Below, one piece after another: positions 52,194 to 62,524 of a DNA stretch of 64,000 bases. A program made the position numbers and the translations under genes. The notes beneath the pieces were generated by a model. That model did no database searches. It had not been told where the DNA came from and saw nothing but the letters and a program-made list of their open reading frames with translations. Each line of letters opens with the position of its first letter. Position 1 is the first letter of the stretch. The stretch comes from an uncultured Nitrososphaerota archaeon. Lineage in GTDB: Archaea > Thermoproteota > Nitrososphaeria > Nitrososphaerales > Nitrosopumilaceae. The stretch spans positions 96,001 through 160,000 of the forward strand of contig CAWGPD010000004.1 in assembly GCA_963824385.1 (NCBI GenBank), read 5' to 3'.

Positions 52194-52835
52194 CTATAAT
52201 CCGTCAAATTCATAAGATGATGGAATTGATGGAGGCACATTACCAGATACTATAACAATCTCATCATGAGCATCTAGTTGGATTTTGTCAAAACTATCTT
52301 TTACTTCAGTTCCATTTACAAAGACTTTGAGATTTGTGTCACCATTTGTGGCTTCTTCAAAACTTGGAGATATGCCAGGCGTATTATCCCAGACCTCCAT
52401 GAATTGTGCTAGTGTAAATGTTATTTCGCGTGGAGCCTCTATGTGTATCACACCTGATGTGTTATGAGTATGCAGCCAATAGAAACATACGTTTGGTTTT
52501 ATCCCTATTCCTGCTGGAACTGTAACAGATTTTTCATTAACTATAACATCAAGATGTGCATGAATATGAAATATCAAAGCCTCTACAGGCTCACATTCAA
52601 CCCCTTGTATTGGATTTCTAGGAGAGGATTGATTCTCAGAAAAATATACGCCTGCTACAAGGGCTATTGCAATAGCAGCTGCAATTCCAGTTGCCTTGTA
52701 CCTAGAAGATTGGGATACTGTTCGCCTAACCTTTGCGGGTTTATTCTTGTGAGAGTCTAGCTTGTGTTGATTTAATTTATCAGAAGTTTCAAATGCCTTG
52801 CCGCAGATATCGCATTTTTTTTCAGGGTTGGCCAA
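52194..52835 (-). CDS. C2H2 zinc finger + TM + extracellular His-motif domain protein
   Basis: CDICGKAF..LNQHKLDSH; TM helix; HIHAHL and LHTH..SGVIHIE. Confidence 0.8.
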   Translation of the reverse strand: MANPEKKCDICGKAFETSDKLNQHKLDSHKNKPAKVRRTVSQSSRYKATGIAAAIAIALVAGVYFSENQSSPRNPIQGVECEPVEALIFHIHAHLDVIVNEKSVTVPAGIGIKPNVCFYWLHTHNTSGVIHIEAPREITFTLAQFMEVWDNTPGISPSFEEATNGDTNLKVFVNGTEVKDSFDKIQLDAHDEIVIVSGNVPPSIPSSYEFDGL

Positions 52836-52954
52836 TGCGAAGAGTCTTAGATCTGGATATAAATTCGGTGTGGTCTTAATTTAAGAAACTCGTATTCTGA
52901 TCGTTTCCAAGTGTGACAACATTTTAAACCACCTTGTAAAACCCATAACCACAT

Positions 52955-53029
52955 GCCAACGTAGCTCAGCCTGGCTAGAGCATCTGACTTGTAATCAGAA
53001 GGTCGAGGGTCCAAATCCCTTCGTTGGCT
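52955..53029 (+). tRNA. tRNA-Thr(TGT)
   Basis: GCCAACG/CGTTGGC acceptor stem, TCTGA-CT-TGT-AA-TCAGA anticodon arm. Confidence 0.95.
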
Positions 53030-53142
53030 TTTAAAATATCTCAAATTTCCACATATCACACCTGCTACAAATATAGCAGTGTAGCTGTCTAAAACAGATA
53101 GTTTCTATCCCATACAACAATGCAAATTATAGAAATTAAATC

Positions 53143-53237
53143 GGTAGCAATACACGAGAATTACAGAGTAATCCTCAGACCACTCATCCACCGATCCGGC
53201 ATAGGCGCGTCAGTGTATCATCTCAGTGGTTGCTACC
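53143..53237 (-). ncRNA. Candidate structured ncRNA (three-way junction)
   Basis: Four nested helices; G-U wobbles work only on the minus strand; GC-rich island in AT-rich intergenic DNA. Confidence 0.5.
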
Positions 53238-53351
53238 TGGAATTAATACAACTTCATAAAATAAAAAGATGATCTCAGATGGTTCTGTCAAGTCTGCATC
53301 GGATTTTCCGATACGATTCAACCTATATAGTTTGATGACGTATAGTATTAA

Positions 53352-53555
53352 ATGAAGAAGAATGTCTCTGATGCAGAATTTGTAAACGAATCAGTGGAAT
53401 TTTTCAACGAGCGAATTGATCAAATAATTGCTCAACTTCATGAATCTGCTCTAACAGCGCAGCAAAAAACCACACTAGAAAGTGAGAAACAAGTAATCAT
53501 AGAACGAAGAAACTATTGGAAGACTGAGCAGACTAGATTACAATTATGCGATTAA
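53352..53555 (+). CDS. Small coiled-coil hypothetical protein
   Basis: 67-aa ORF with TATA-like CTATATA about 25 bp upstream. Confidence 0.6.
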   Translation: MKKNVSDAEFVNESVEFFNERIDQIIAQLHESALTAQQKTTLESEKQVIIERRNYWKTEQTRLQLCD

Positions 53556-53600
53556 ATCTCTCGTTTGTTTTTTCATTTTATGTGCCTAGTCTGTGAAGAA

Positions 53601-54146
53601 TCAGGGACGTATCAAAGAAATATCAACTCTGTTTAGGATAAAGACTAGAAATTCAGATAATGATTTTTTTAACCAATGTTTTTTGTTCCATTCCAAAACT
53701 AGGTCATGATAAAATTTCCATTCATCTTCGTCTTTTTTTAGATGCAATACCATCATTTTTTCAAATTCTCGCGTATCCCAGTCAACTGGGCATAACTTGT
53801 CACTCATCTGAACTAGTTTACCATCTTGCATCTGAAACGGATATGATTTACATACGCCAGGTTTGAAATCATTTACTGTACAACGAAAGAATTCTCCTGA
53901 TTCTACAAGAAATGTGCATGCGTTGCTTTTTTGTTTTAATGCAAGATCAATTAATCCCTCTTTTACCTTTATGCCAAGATCAAAGTCCTTTGCACCATAA
54001 ATCTCAAGAAAGGTCTCAGGCTCAACACCCAGTCCGTGTACAAGCCGGTAGACATCATGCGCGTTAACAAATATAGTATATTCTTTGCAGCAATTAGTAT
54101 GACAGGAAATACAAGGATAAACTGCAACATCTCCAGAATTAGTCAG
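53601..54146 (-). CDS. YkgJ-family cysteine-cluster (Fe-S/Zn) protein
   Basis: The frame of track ORF 53601-53831 extends upstream: CISCHTNCC...CTFL...CTV..FKPGVCKSYPF...LCP. First plausible start is CTG at 54146. Confidence 0.85.
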   Translation of the reverse strand: MTNSGDVAVYPCISCHTNCCKEYTIFVNAHDVYRLVHGLGVEPETFLEIYGAKDFDLGIKVKEGLIDLALKQKSNACTFLVESGEFFRCTVNDFKPGVCKSYPFQMQDGKLVQMSDKLCPVDWDTREFEKMMVLHLKKDEDEWKFYHDLVLEWNKKHWLKKSLSEFLVFILNRVDISLIRP

Positions 54147-54285
54147 GTTTTACTTTGTTTTCTTGCGTGCTTTATGCGTATGTCTTTTTCAAGTTTTAAT
54201 TTGGATACAAATTACATCCATGATAAAAAATGCTTTTTTAGAAATAATTGACAAAAGTTAAGTAACGTAAAACAGACAAAAAAGT

Positions 54286-54528
54286 GTGGAAAAGGGATTT
54301 GTTTTAATCAACTGCGAACTTGGAGCAGAAGATTACATAATTGAAGAACTCAAACTAATACCACAGGTAAAAAACGCAAATGTCACATTTGGAGCCTATG
54401 ATGTAGTAGCAGAAGTTCAGGCAAATAATTCCCAAGAATTTGATCAGACAGTATCTCAAAAGATACGAACCTTATCCCAAGTGGTAAGTACAATGACCCT
54501 AAAGGCTACAACCCAAGAATCAAAGTAA
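54286..54528 (+). CDS. Stand-alone Lrp/AsnC ligand-binding domain protein
   Basis: FVLINCELGAE, TFGAYDVVAEV, STMTL. Confidence 0.9.
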   Translation: MEKGFVLINCELGAEDYIIEELKLIPQVKNANVTFGAYDVVAEVQANNSQEFDQTVSQKIRTLSQVVSTMTLKATTQESK

Positions 54529-54643
54529 ACAGTTTCTTTGTAGAAGTACAATTTAGAAAATAATAGTAAAAAGTTGTCAAACATAGCTTGTTCAATTTGG
54601 CGCTCCACAAATTCAAGTGTGTTTTGGTTTACAATACAAAGTA

Positions 54644-55141
54644 ATGTCAAATTCATTCATGACTGCAATTGATGCCATAGATCGTAGAATTATAGAACTA
54701 CTCATGGAAAATGCAAGAACCCCATCACGGCAGATTGCAAAAAAACTCAGAGAGGAAGGTCATGACATTCAAGACCGAGCAGTTTCATATAGAATAGAAC
54801 GGCTTGAAAAAAGGAAGATAATAACAGGATACGAGGCCATACTTCATAAATTACTAGTTGACGATTTTGAGGCGCTATATTTGAAATTTAAGACAAACAA
54901 ACCATCAGATGTCTTGTCAGAAGAGATCTGCAATTTTGTCAAGGAACTGCCAAACTGTCTACTAACTGCTTCAGTCACTGGAAACTGGAATCTACTAATA
55001 TTGACTGCAAAAGACGAGGTGGGCAAAAAATGTGAGCGACAAATAATTGAAAAGTTTTGTGAACACATAGAGGATTACAGAGTTGGCAATTTGAAATTTC
55101 AATCAATTAACAAATTTAACATGCAATCAGTGATGATATGA
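54644..55141 (+). CDS. Lrp/AsnC-family transcriptional regulator
   Basis: IDAIDRRIIELLMENAR...VSYRIERLE..KIITGY. Confidence 0.9.
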   Translation: MSNSFMTAIDAIDRRIIELLMENARTPSRQIAKKLREEGHDIQDRAVSYRIERLEKRKIITGYEAILHKLLVDDFEALYLKFKTNKPSDVLSEEICNFVKELPNCLLTASVTGNWNLLILTAKDEVGKKCERQIIEKFCEHIEDYRVGNLKFQSINKFNMQSVMI

Positions 55142-55677
55142 AAATTCCAGTAGATGAAAACACTAACAATGGAATCACCGCCATAGTAATAGATGATGAT
55201 GCTGACACGGTTGCTTTTCTTTGTGAACTTTTGAAGATGAAGGGCATCAATGTCATTGGCAAAGGATATGATGGGATGGAGGCAGTCAAGCTATTCATGA
55301 AACTCAGACCAACCATAGTATTTCTGGATGTAACAATGAAAGATCATGACGGGTTTTTCTCATTAGAAAAAATAAGAAAGATCGAACCAGACGCCATTGT
55401 CATATTGATAACAGGAGACTTGTCAGAAGATACCCAGAAAAGATTGATTGAACTTGATGCATCGTCTATAATCTACAAGCCTTATGACATAAATGAAGTG
55501 ATTCGTCAGACAAATGGATTGATTATCAAACTAAAACAAGAGTTGATGCAAGATATTGCAATTAAGAAAGCTCGCCTAGAAAAGCTAAATGTAATACTTG
55601 GGAATCGACTGCGTGAATCAGATATTGATACAATTCGCAGGGCGCAGTATTTTGATGATAAAGAGAAGCTAGTCTAA
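55138..55677 (+). CDS. Response-regulator receiver protein with helical C-terminus
   Basis: IVIDDD, VFLDVTM...DG, ITG, YKP. Confidence 0.9.
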   Translation: MKIPVDENTNNGITAIVIDDDADTVAFLCELLKMKGINVIGKGYDGMEAVKLFMKLRPTIVFLDVTMKDHDGFFSLEKIRKIEPDAIVILITGDLSEDTQKRLIELDASSIIYKPYDINEVIRQTNGLIIKLKQELMQDIAIKKARLEKLNVILGNRLRESDIDTIRRAQYFDDKEKLV

Positions 55678-55682
55678 ATCAA

Positions 55683-56744
55683 TTAAGCGGTATTCTCTAT
55701 TTTTTTGTATTTGTAGACTGTAATTGAGACAAGCCATGAGATCACAAAGATTGCAATTATTCCATATCCCAAAGTCTCAAAATCAAGATTGTTAAGCCAA
55801 TTCCAAAATGCCCCAGTGAATTTGAGTTCACCAGAAAGTACCTGCAATATCTCTACACTGCCTATTACAAAAGCAACTAGTATTGAGATTATTGTTATTG
55901 TCAGGTTGTAGTATATTTTTCGAATAGGCTTGTGAAATGCCCATCCATATGCCATTCGCATTGTAATCGAGTCCGTTGTATCAACTAGTACCATACCACA
56001 TGTGAACATAAACGGCAGAACAAGAATCATCCATATTGGAATAGAAGAGGTTACACCTATTCCAACACTAATGGCAATAAGGGCAACTTCACTTGCCGTG
56101 TCAAAGCCAAGACCAAATAGCACCCCAATAGGATAGATTTGCCAAGGTTTTCGAACAATTTTAAAAAGTGGAGTAAAGTATCTATTAAGAAATCCACGCT
56201 TGTTTAATTTCTCCTCAAGTTGTGCTGGATCAAGTTTGCCAGCCTTGAGTTCTTTGTAAATCTTGTATATGCCAAAGACAATTACTACATTAATCAGTCC
56301 AACAATCCACAGAAATGTACCTGAGACACTAGTCCCAATTATCTCTCCAACATTTTGGAGATTTGGAATAGAGCTTGCAATGACGCGAGTTGAAATGACC
56401 AAGGCAATAATCATAAGGATGACTATTGTAGAATGACCAAGTGAAAACCATGTGCCAACTGTAAGTGGTTTTTTTCCTTCTTGCATTAGTTTTCTTGTGG
56501 TATTATCAATAGCTGCAATGTGATCAGCATCTACACCATGTCTCAATCCAAAGACATATGCTACAATTCCAAGACCTGCCAAGGGAATTGATATGCTACC
56601 AATTATAGCAGATGCGGCAAATCCAAATAGCGTAGCAGCTATTATGGACACGTAAATAATAACAATCTTTGTTTTCTCACCAGCTGAGAGCCCCAATAAG
56701 GACACTCTGGGTTTCAGATTATCAGAATTATTATCATAAGACAT
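55683..56744 (-). CDS. HoxN/HupN/NixA (NiCoT) nickel/cobalt transporter
   Basis: RHGVDADHIAAID, FSLGHSTIV, LGFDTASE. Confidence 0.95.
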   Translation of the reverse strand: MSYDNNSDNLKPRVSLLGLSAGEKTKIVIIYVSIIAATLFGFAASAIIGSISIPLAGLGIVAYVFGLRHGVDADHIAAIDNTTRKLMQEGKKPLTVGTWFSLGHSTIVILMIIALVISTRVIASSIPNLQNVGEIIGTSVSGTFLWIVGLINVVIVFGIYKIYKELKAGKLDPAQLEEKLNKRGFLNRYFTPLFKIVRKPWQIYPIGVLFGLGFDTASEVALIAISVGIGVTSSIPIWMILVLPFMFTCGMVLVDTTDSITMRMAYGWAFHKPIRKIYYNLTITIISILVAFVIGSVEILQVLSGELKFTGAFWNWLNNLDFETLGYGIIAIFVISWLVSITVYKYKKIENTA

Positions 56745-56806
56745 CTATGACTTGTCCCTAATAGTAGAATTTAAAATCATTTAATGTTTTGAACACAAAC
56801 TTGTCT

Positions 56807-57604
56807 TTATTTTAGAATTTTTTCACTTTCAGGATGTCTGCCTTTTCTTGCACGTGCATATGTGAATGTACAAACTAGCACTCCTACTGCCAAGACAGGT
56901 CCAGTATATTCTGGAACTATAGTAGAATTAGTTATACTTTCATACATTGCAGAGCCTGCTATTATTAATGCAGTTGAGCTTAATGCATATGATAGATATC
57001 TAAAACCTGTAGTGCCCAATGTTTTGATAAATGCGGCCCTAAACAATACACTGTCCAGAGTGTCCATTGCCACCATACCGACACCAAACACTGCCATCAT
57101 TCCAAGTGCAGTTGTTATTCCTGCAGCGACTGATGTAGCAGCAGCCATGCCGATAGCAGCAAGCTGCGTTGCAGTATCAAATCCCAAACCAAAGACAATG
57201 CCAACAATGAAAGATGAACCCATTGTACCCATGAATTTAGTACGTGGAAGAATCTTGCCTACCAATATGGTAGCAGAAGTTTTGCCATATTTTTTCATGG
57301 CATAAAAGTTAACTAGGCCGATAAATCCTAATGCCGCGGCTCCGAGTATTCCGGTAGACAAGGAAAATACACCGCCTCGGTCTATTACACTTGCGGCAAC
57401 AAATATCATGAGAATCATTTCTGCAAGAACTGCCACCATATGACCTGTGCTAAATCCAGTCCCTACCCATCTTGCTCTTTTTGATGCATTATTGAATCGA
57501 ATGAGGTTGTCTATTGCAGTGATGTGATCCACATCAAGCGCATGACGCAGTCCCATCGCAATCAAGGTTAAACCGCCTACTATCCATACCCAGTCATATG
57601 TCAT
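56807..57604 (-). CDS. Second, shorter NiCoT-family transporter
   Basis: RHALDVDHITAID, FSTGH, LGFDTAT. Confidence 0.88.
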   Translation of the reverse strand: MTYDWVWIVGGLTLIAMGLRHALDVDHITAIDNLIRFNNASKRARWVGTGFSTGHMVAVLAEMILMIFVAASVIDRGGVFSLSTGILGAAALGFIGLVNFYAMKKYGKTSATILVGKILPRTKFMGTMGSSFIVGIVFGLGFDTATQLAAIGMAAATSVAAGITTALGMMAVFGVGMVAMDTLDSVLFRAAFIKTLGTTGFRYLSYALSSTALIIAGSAMYESITNSTIVPEYTGPVLAVGVLVCTFTYARARKGRHPESEKILK

Positions 57605-57761
57605 ACTATGTCTTTCTCCTCTGATCTGTCTTGACTGAAATCATTGAAATTCACGTATTAAATTCCAATAGCATATCATTTAAATTATTGGACGGTTTAT
57701 CCAACTCAAAATTAATTTGAGATCTACATAAATACAGTTCAAACTTTTTGTATTACACAAG

Positions 57762-58401
57762 ATGCACCATAGTGATTCGACTACTATCCAAAGTTACAGA
57801 CAGGTATGCACCAAGCAGGATTCTAAGCTTTGACATGGCGCATGTCTTTAAAACCATGCAGATGATGGAAACAGGAAAAATGAGTAGAAGTAAACTTGTT
57901 CAAGAGATGGGACTTGGGGAAGGCTCTATCAAGACACTGGTAAAACATCTAAAGATGAATGGTTTGATAGAAAACTCCAATGCTGGAATGTGGCTAACAG
58001 GCAAAGGAAGAACATGTACATGAAACTATGTGCAGTCATACCTTCAGAGACAGACATTCCAAAATGCTCTATCGTATTAGGCAGATTCAATCATGCCATA
58101 CTGATTAGGGGTTTTGCATACAGTGTAAGAACAGGAATTGAACAGAGAGATATTGCAATTAAGAATGGAGTCCATAGGTGCAACTACCTTGACATTCAGA
58201 GACCGCAAGTTGACAATGCCAAACAAGAGTCAAGATGCTTTAAGAAAAGAACCAAAAATATACAATCTTATAATGTCACATTTGAAGCCAGAAGATGAGG
58301 ATGTCATCATAATAACCAGTGCAGATGATAAAAAAACAGCAGAAATGTCTGCCAAAAGTACTGCGTTACAAATCATTTCAGAGCATGAGAAACATTTTTG
58401 A
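57762..58401 (+). CDS. wHTH regulator of DUF4443/DUF2111 type; 2-3 frameshifts
   Basis: MSRSKL..EMGLGEGSIKTL, GIEQRD.AI, GATTL are spread over ORFs 57748-58023, 57990-58298 and 58138-58401. Confidence 0.75.
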
Positions 58402-58433
58402 TTCAAGATAGTTTACACGAAATATTTTACGCC

Positions 58434-59251
58434 CTACACTAGGTTTACAAGCCAGCCAAGCGCAAACCCGATAAAAATTCCCATATAGATAGCTCGCTGG
58501 GTTAATACGTGTAGTAGAGTATGGTGTTTTTCTTTTGAGCCATGCGGTATTTCAGCAATAATCTGTGCTGGTTCCTCACGCGGTTCTCTGAAAAGTATTC
58601 TAAACATTGGAAGTATTACATATAGTATAGTACCTATTGCTATGCCATTGAACAGTACATCAAGGACATTTGAATTGTAAACATATCCAATGCCACCACC
58701 AAGTATTGTTGGAATACTTCCTATTAGGAACATCAAACACAATATGCGCACTTTCTTGTCCAATTTGCCTGCCATCGGGGCAGCAATTGGAAAGCCTTCT
58801 GTTAAATTCTGAATTGAGAAACCTGCTAGTATTACAAACGTCTCACCCACAAGTCCATACTTTACACTTGCAGCTCCGAAGACTAATCCTTCAGTCAAAT
58901 TCTGGAATCCCATGGCAATGGCAATTATCAGAGCCAGTTTGATAGGCGATAACCCGTGCTTTGATCTGTGTTCCAAGAAATACAAGACAAGAAATCCACC
59001 AGTACAGATGCGCCAAATACACCATCAAAAAATGGCGATGTGCCATATCCTTGCAAGGAACCATCACTTAACATCGGAGCGACATCAGAATAGATGTCTG
59101 CCATCAGAAAGACAAGAATGCCAACCGCTACAGAGTTGAAAAATACGATTTTTCTATTACCCAGTTTTTTGCGGAGAACAAGTGGTAGAGAAAGAAATGT
59201 AGAGAGACCCATGACCGCACTGAGTATCAGTGTCGTTGTAAAGTCAACCAA
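58434..59251 (-). CDS. ZIP-family metal transporter; frameshift near 59000
   Basis: AVGILVFL; duplicated QNLTEG motifs; His-rich loop HGSKEKHH. Confidence 0.88.
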
Positions 59252-59455
59252 TTTTTTTACCCCCTAATGAGATCCATAAAAAAAGAGCCCGTTACAGAAC
59301 ATGATGACACAATTATCAATTTGCGTGCACATTTAGGTCAAGCTAATAACAGCATTTTAACTGTATGATAGAAACAATTCGTAAAAACAAATGTTAATTC
59401 TAACAATTTGGAATATTGTTATTAAGTGAAAATAGACCCTTACACCAGGACAAAC

Positions 59456-59995
59456 TTAGAATTTAAAACGAATCTTGGATAATCCGATTATGGAAATGAC
59501 TGCAATTACTAACATGATAGATGCTAAGGATCCAAATTCTGGAACCATGTACGTACCTTTAATTTCAATTGTATTACTTCCAGCATTCAATGGTATGGTC
59601 AGTGTTCTATTATCAGGAGTATCAACGGATTTATACGAAGTTCCATGGTTTTTGTTCATTACCACAAAATGAGATTCGTTGCTTGATTCATGTAGATATC
59701 CAGGTTCTAGAGACGCATTTTCATATGCATCAATAAGTCGGTTTGGCAAAGTTATTGTCAGGCTTCCTCCATTTAGAGATTGTACGCTAACATCTATTGT
59801 TTTTGCATCAGTATCGGCTTGAATCAAAGTAACAGTTCCCCCTGTAGCACCATATGGAATTGCAAAACTTGTGCCATTTACTATCATTACATTTTGAGGA
59901 GGCGTAAGAGTAGATATTTCGCCATATGCACAAAGTTGAGATTGTCCAATGATAGATGCCATTATCAATATTAAAACCAAGAATGTGATCTTCAC
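59456..59995 (-). CDS. PEFG-CTERM sorting-domain surface protein
   Basis: Signal peptide; C-terminal VPEFG + TM + basic tail. Confidence 0.9.
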   Translation of the reverse strand: MKITFLVLILIMASIIGQSQLCAYGEISTLTPPQNVMIVNGTSFAIPYGATGGTVTLIQADTDAKTIDVSVQSLNGGSLTITLPNRLIDAYENASLEPGYLHESSNESHFVVMNKNHGTSYKSVDTPDNRTLTIPLNAGSNTIEIKGTYMVPEFGSLASIMLVIAVISIIGLSKIRFKF

Positions 59996-60085
59996 GACAA
60001 ATGCTGGAAATTTTCTCTCATAAAAACTAAATGCATTTTAATTTATTTTTTTGTAAAAAAATTAGAAAAATAATTTTAATGATAT

Positions 60086-60615
60086 CTAGTCTAACGTGTG
60101 AAGTAAATCCTTTGTTCCTCTGGTTATCTTTTCCTTTGGTTTTTCGTCTTCATGACCTATTGGAATTATAGTTACTGGCCTCTGACCTTGTGGAAGATGC
60201 AATATTTCTGAGACTTTTTTTTTCATCAAATGCACCAATCCATACAGTAGATAATCCAAGTGCGTGAACTGTTAGTTGAGCATATGCAGCCGCAATAGTA
60301 GTATCTTGTACAGAGAAGAACTGGGATCTCTTCTCCGAATAGTTCAACAGAGCGAGATGGATTGGCACAAAAAACAAGTAATAACGGGGCTTGAGCAATT
60401 AGAGTCTGGTCTTTAGCAGCTAAAACAAGTCTTTCTTTGATTTCCTTGTTTTTTATATGATATATCTCAAATGTCTGTAATCCACCAGAAGATGGAGCCA
60501 GGTTACATGCTTGTAATATTTTGGACAGTTTAGATTCATCAATTGCATCATCTTTAAACGCCCTAATTGAGCGTCTTGTGGTCAGAAAATCAAGAAATAC
60601 ATTCTCATCCAACAC
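60086..60615 (-). CDS. Nitroreductase family protein; two frameshifts (about 60330 and 60220)
   Basis: RRSIRAF, APS, LGLSTVWIGAFDE; three frames join. Confidence 0.88.
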
Positions 60616-60737
60616 AACTCGCCCGATGCATCAAGACCAGGACCAATAGTTCAATGGGATTTGTTATAATGGCGTCGAAAAATATCAAACTTGAGAATCA
60701 TCATACAAGATACTTTTTTCACATTAATTCCAAACTG

Positions 60738-61670
60738 TTATTTTTTGCCCAGGATATACAATTCAGTCAAAATTCCACCAACAAATCTATTATGTTTATT
60801 TTTGGCAATCTGTTGATTTGCAAGATTTGAGATCTCACTTGTCAAGTCATCATCTCCAGATAACATCAGTTTCAAGGTATTGTAATGAGTCAAAACAGCA
60901 GAATCATTTTCTCCAGAGGTAATCTTTGCTACAAGTTTTTTTACAGCATCAATTCTAATTTTGGAGGACATTTTTGGAAAACAGTATCGTAGTACATCTT
61001 CTACAATTTTTCGATGTTCATGCCCAACTGTTATGTTGAGCCTAAATTTTGGAATACCAGACATGTCTTTGATTAAATCCGAAAAAGGAGATTCCGAATC
61101 AGCACAATATTTTCCCACAAGGGTAACAAACTGTGACTTTGTAATATCATCGAGTGGATAAGAAGACTCTAGGCTCTTGCTTGCCTCAATTGTAAACTCT
61201 GTTACAAGAAAGAGAAGTTCCAAAGGGTCATTGATTGCACGTTTACTGTATAGTACTGGATGGCTGACAAACATTTGATTTATCCTGGCAAGTATTTGGG
61301 CAAAGACCAGACTTTTTTGTGCTCCATCTTTTAACTTGCGAGCAAGTTTGAAGCAGACTACCATGAAAAGAACATACTCTTTGATGGCTACATTTAATGG
61401 AAGAGCAAATGCCTCAAATTCATTTGTAAATCGCTCAAGAACTTTGAGTATTCTTTCTTGCTTGTCCATTCTGCGCAGATCAAGTCTGCCTTCTGAGCGC
61501 GTAGAACTATCAGTGATCTCTCCTGCCATCAAAATTCCCTTATCTTTGACATTTAAAAAAATTGGACTGCCCTGTTTTAGTACACTTAGAATGTACTCTA
61601 ATTGTCCTATCCCAGATCTCTTGCGATTGATGACAAGTTCTTCGATTGATTGTATCAGATCTTCAGACAA
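60738..61670 (-). CDS. Hypothetical helical protein
   Basis: 310-aa ORF, no recognised motif. Confidence 0.7.
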   Translation of the reverse strand: MSEDLIQSIEELVINRKRSGIGQLEYILSVLKQGSPIFLNVKDKGILMAGEITDSSTRSEGRLDLRRMDKQERILKVLERFTNEFEAFALPLNVAIKEYVLFMVVCFKLARKLKDGAQKSLVFAQILARINQMFVSHPVLYSKRAINDPLELLFLVTEFTIEASKSLESSYPLDDITKSQFVTLVGKYCADSESPFSDLIKDMSGIPKFRLNITVGHEHRKIVEDVLRYCFPKMSSKIRIDAVKKLVAKITSGENDSAVLTHYNTLKLMLSGDDDLTSEISNLANQQIAKNKHNRFVGGILTELYILGKK

Positions 61671-61860
61671 TGCATTTAGGATAAATTATCCAATAGATAA
61701 ACTGACAAGATATTTTTTGCACTACTTTTACTGCGTCAAATACATATAAAAAATTATTCGGCCAATCTGAAATGATTTGAAATTAAGACAAGATGGTTTG
61801 ATTATCACTGGAATAAATAAGTCTAGAAAACTTATCTTGAAGAACAGTCATAAATTTAGC

Positions 61861-62229
61861 ATGTCGTCTTATGTTGTAGAGAGAAACTTGGGCAAATACA
61901 TTTTCTTTATGGATGTTTCACCCACATGGTGGCTAAATCATAGGTCAAGTGATGAAAAAATAATAAAATATGTAATAGACAAGTTTGGTCGAGACTATTA
62001 TCCTAGGACTATATTGTTATCAAGAAAAGAAGTAGGTCTTGATGATCTTGGCAACTCTCTTAGTAGATACATCAGGTCAGAGATTAGAAATGCAGATTTT
62101 TCATTCGAGTTTTTACCTGAAGAAGAGATATACAAATCACACTATACCATAAGAAATGGAAACATAATCTTTGAAAACAACCTAAGAAGACAAAATGCAA
62201 GGCTGAAAATATCTGTCAGAACACACTAG
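61861..62229 (+). CDS. Hypothetical protein
   Basis: ORF open from 61777; ATG at 61861 preferred. Confidence 0.55.
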   Translation: MSSYVVERNLGKYIFFMDVSPTWWLNHRSSDEKIIKYVIDKFGRDYYPRTILLSRKEVGLDDLGNSLSRYIRSEIRNADFSFEFLPEEEIYKSHYTIRNGNIIFENNLRRQNARLKISVRTH

Positions 62230-62232
62230 ATT

Positions 62233-62466
62233 TTATTTTAAATTTTTATGAGTACCATCGCAGAATGGTCTGTTTTTTGATTGCTGACAACCGCATGCGT
62301 GAATGATAGTCTCTTTATCATATGTCATAACTTTGGGTATAATTCCAGAGTCCTTGTGTGAGCCATCACAGTATGGACCGTTCTTTGATTTTCCACACAT
62401 GCAAAATGCAATTGTCTCTCCTGCCTTTGCTTTAATTTCAAATGGATGGTCTTGCCAGCCAGTCAT
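62233..62466 (-). CDS. Tandem CDGSH iron-sulfur domain protein
   Basis: CMCGKSKNGPYCDGSH and CGCQQSKNRPFCDGTH. Confidence 0.93.
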   Translation of the reverse strand: MTGWQDHPFEIKAKAGETIAFCMCGKSKNGPYCDGSHKDSGIIPKVMTYDKETIIHACGCQQSKNRPFCDGTHKNLK

Positions 62467-62524
62467 TATATGCTTGATTATTTCACAGTATTTAGGATTT
62501 ATTCATTATAAGCACCTAATGGTT

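Noticed and set aside
32671..53029. Integrated element at tRNA-Asn or tRNA-Thr
   Set aside because: No integrase and no duplicated tRNA end found in the window.
53143..53237. Bona fide 5S rRNA
   Set aside because: Too short (about 95 nt) and lacks recognisable loop E/helix V; similarity is limited to one loop.
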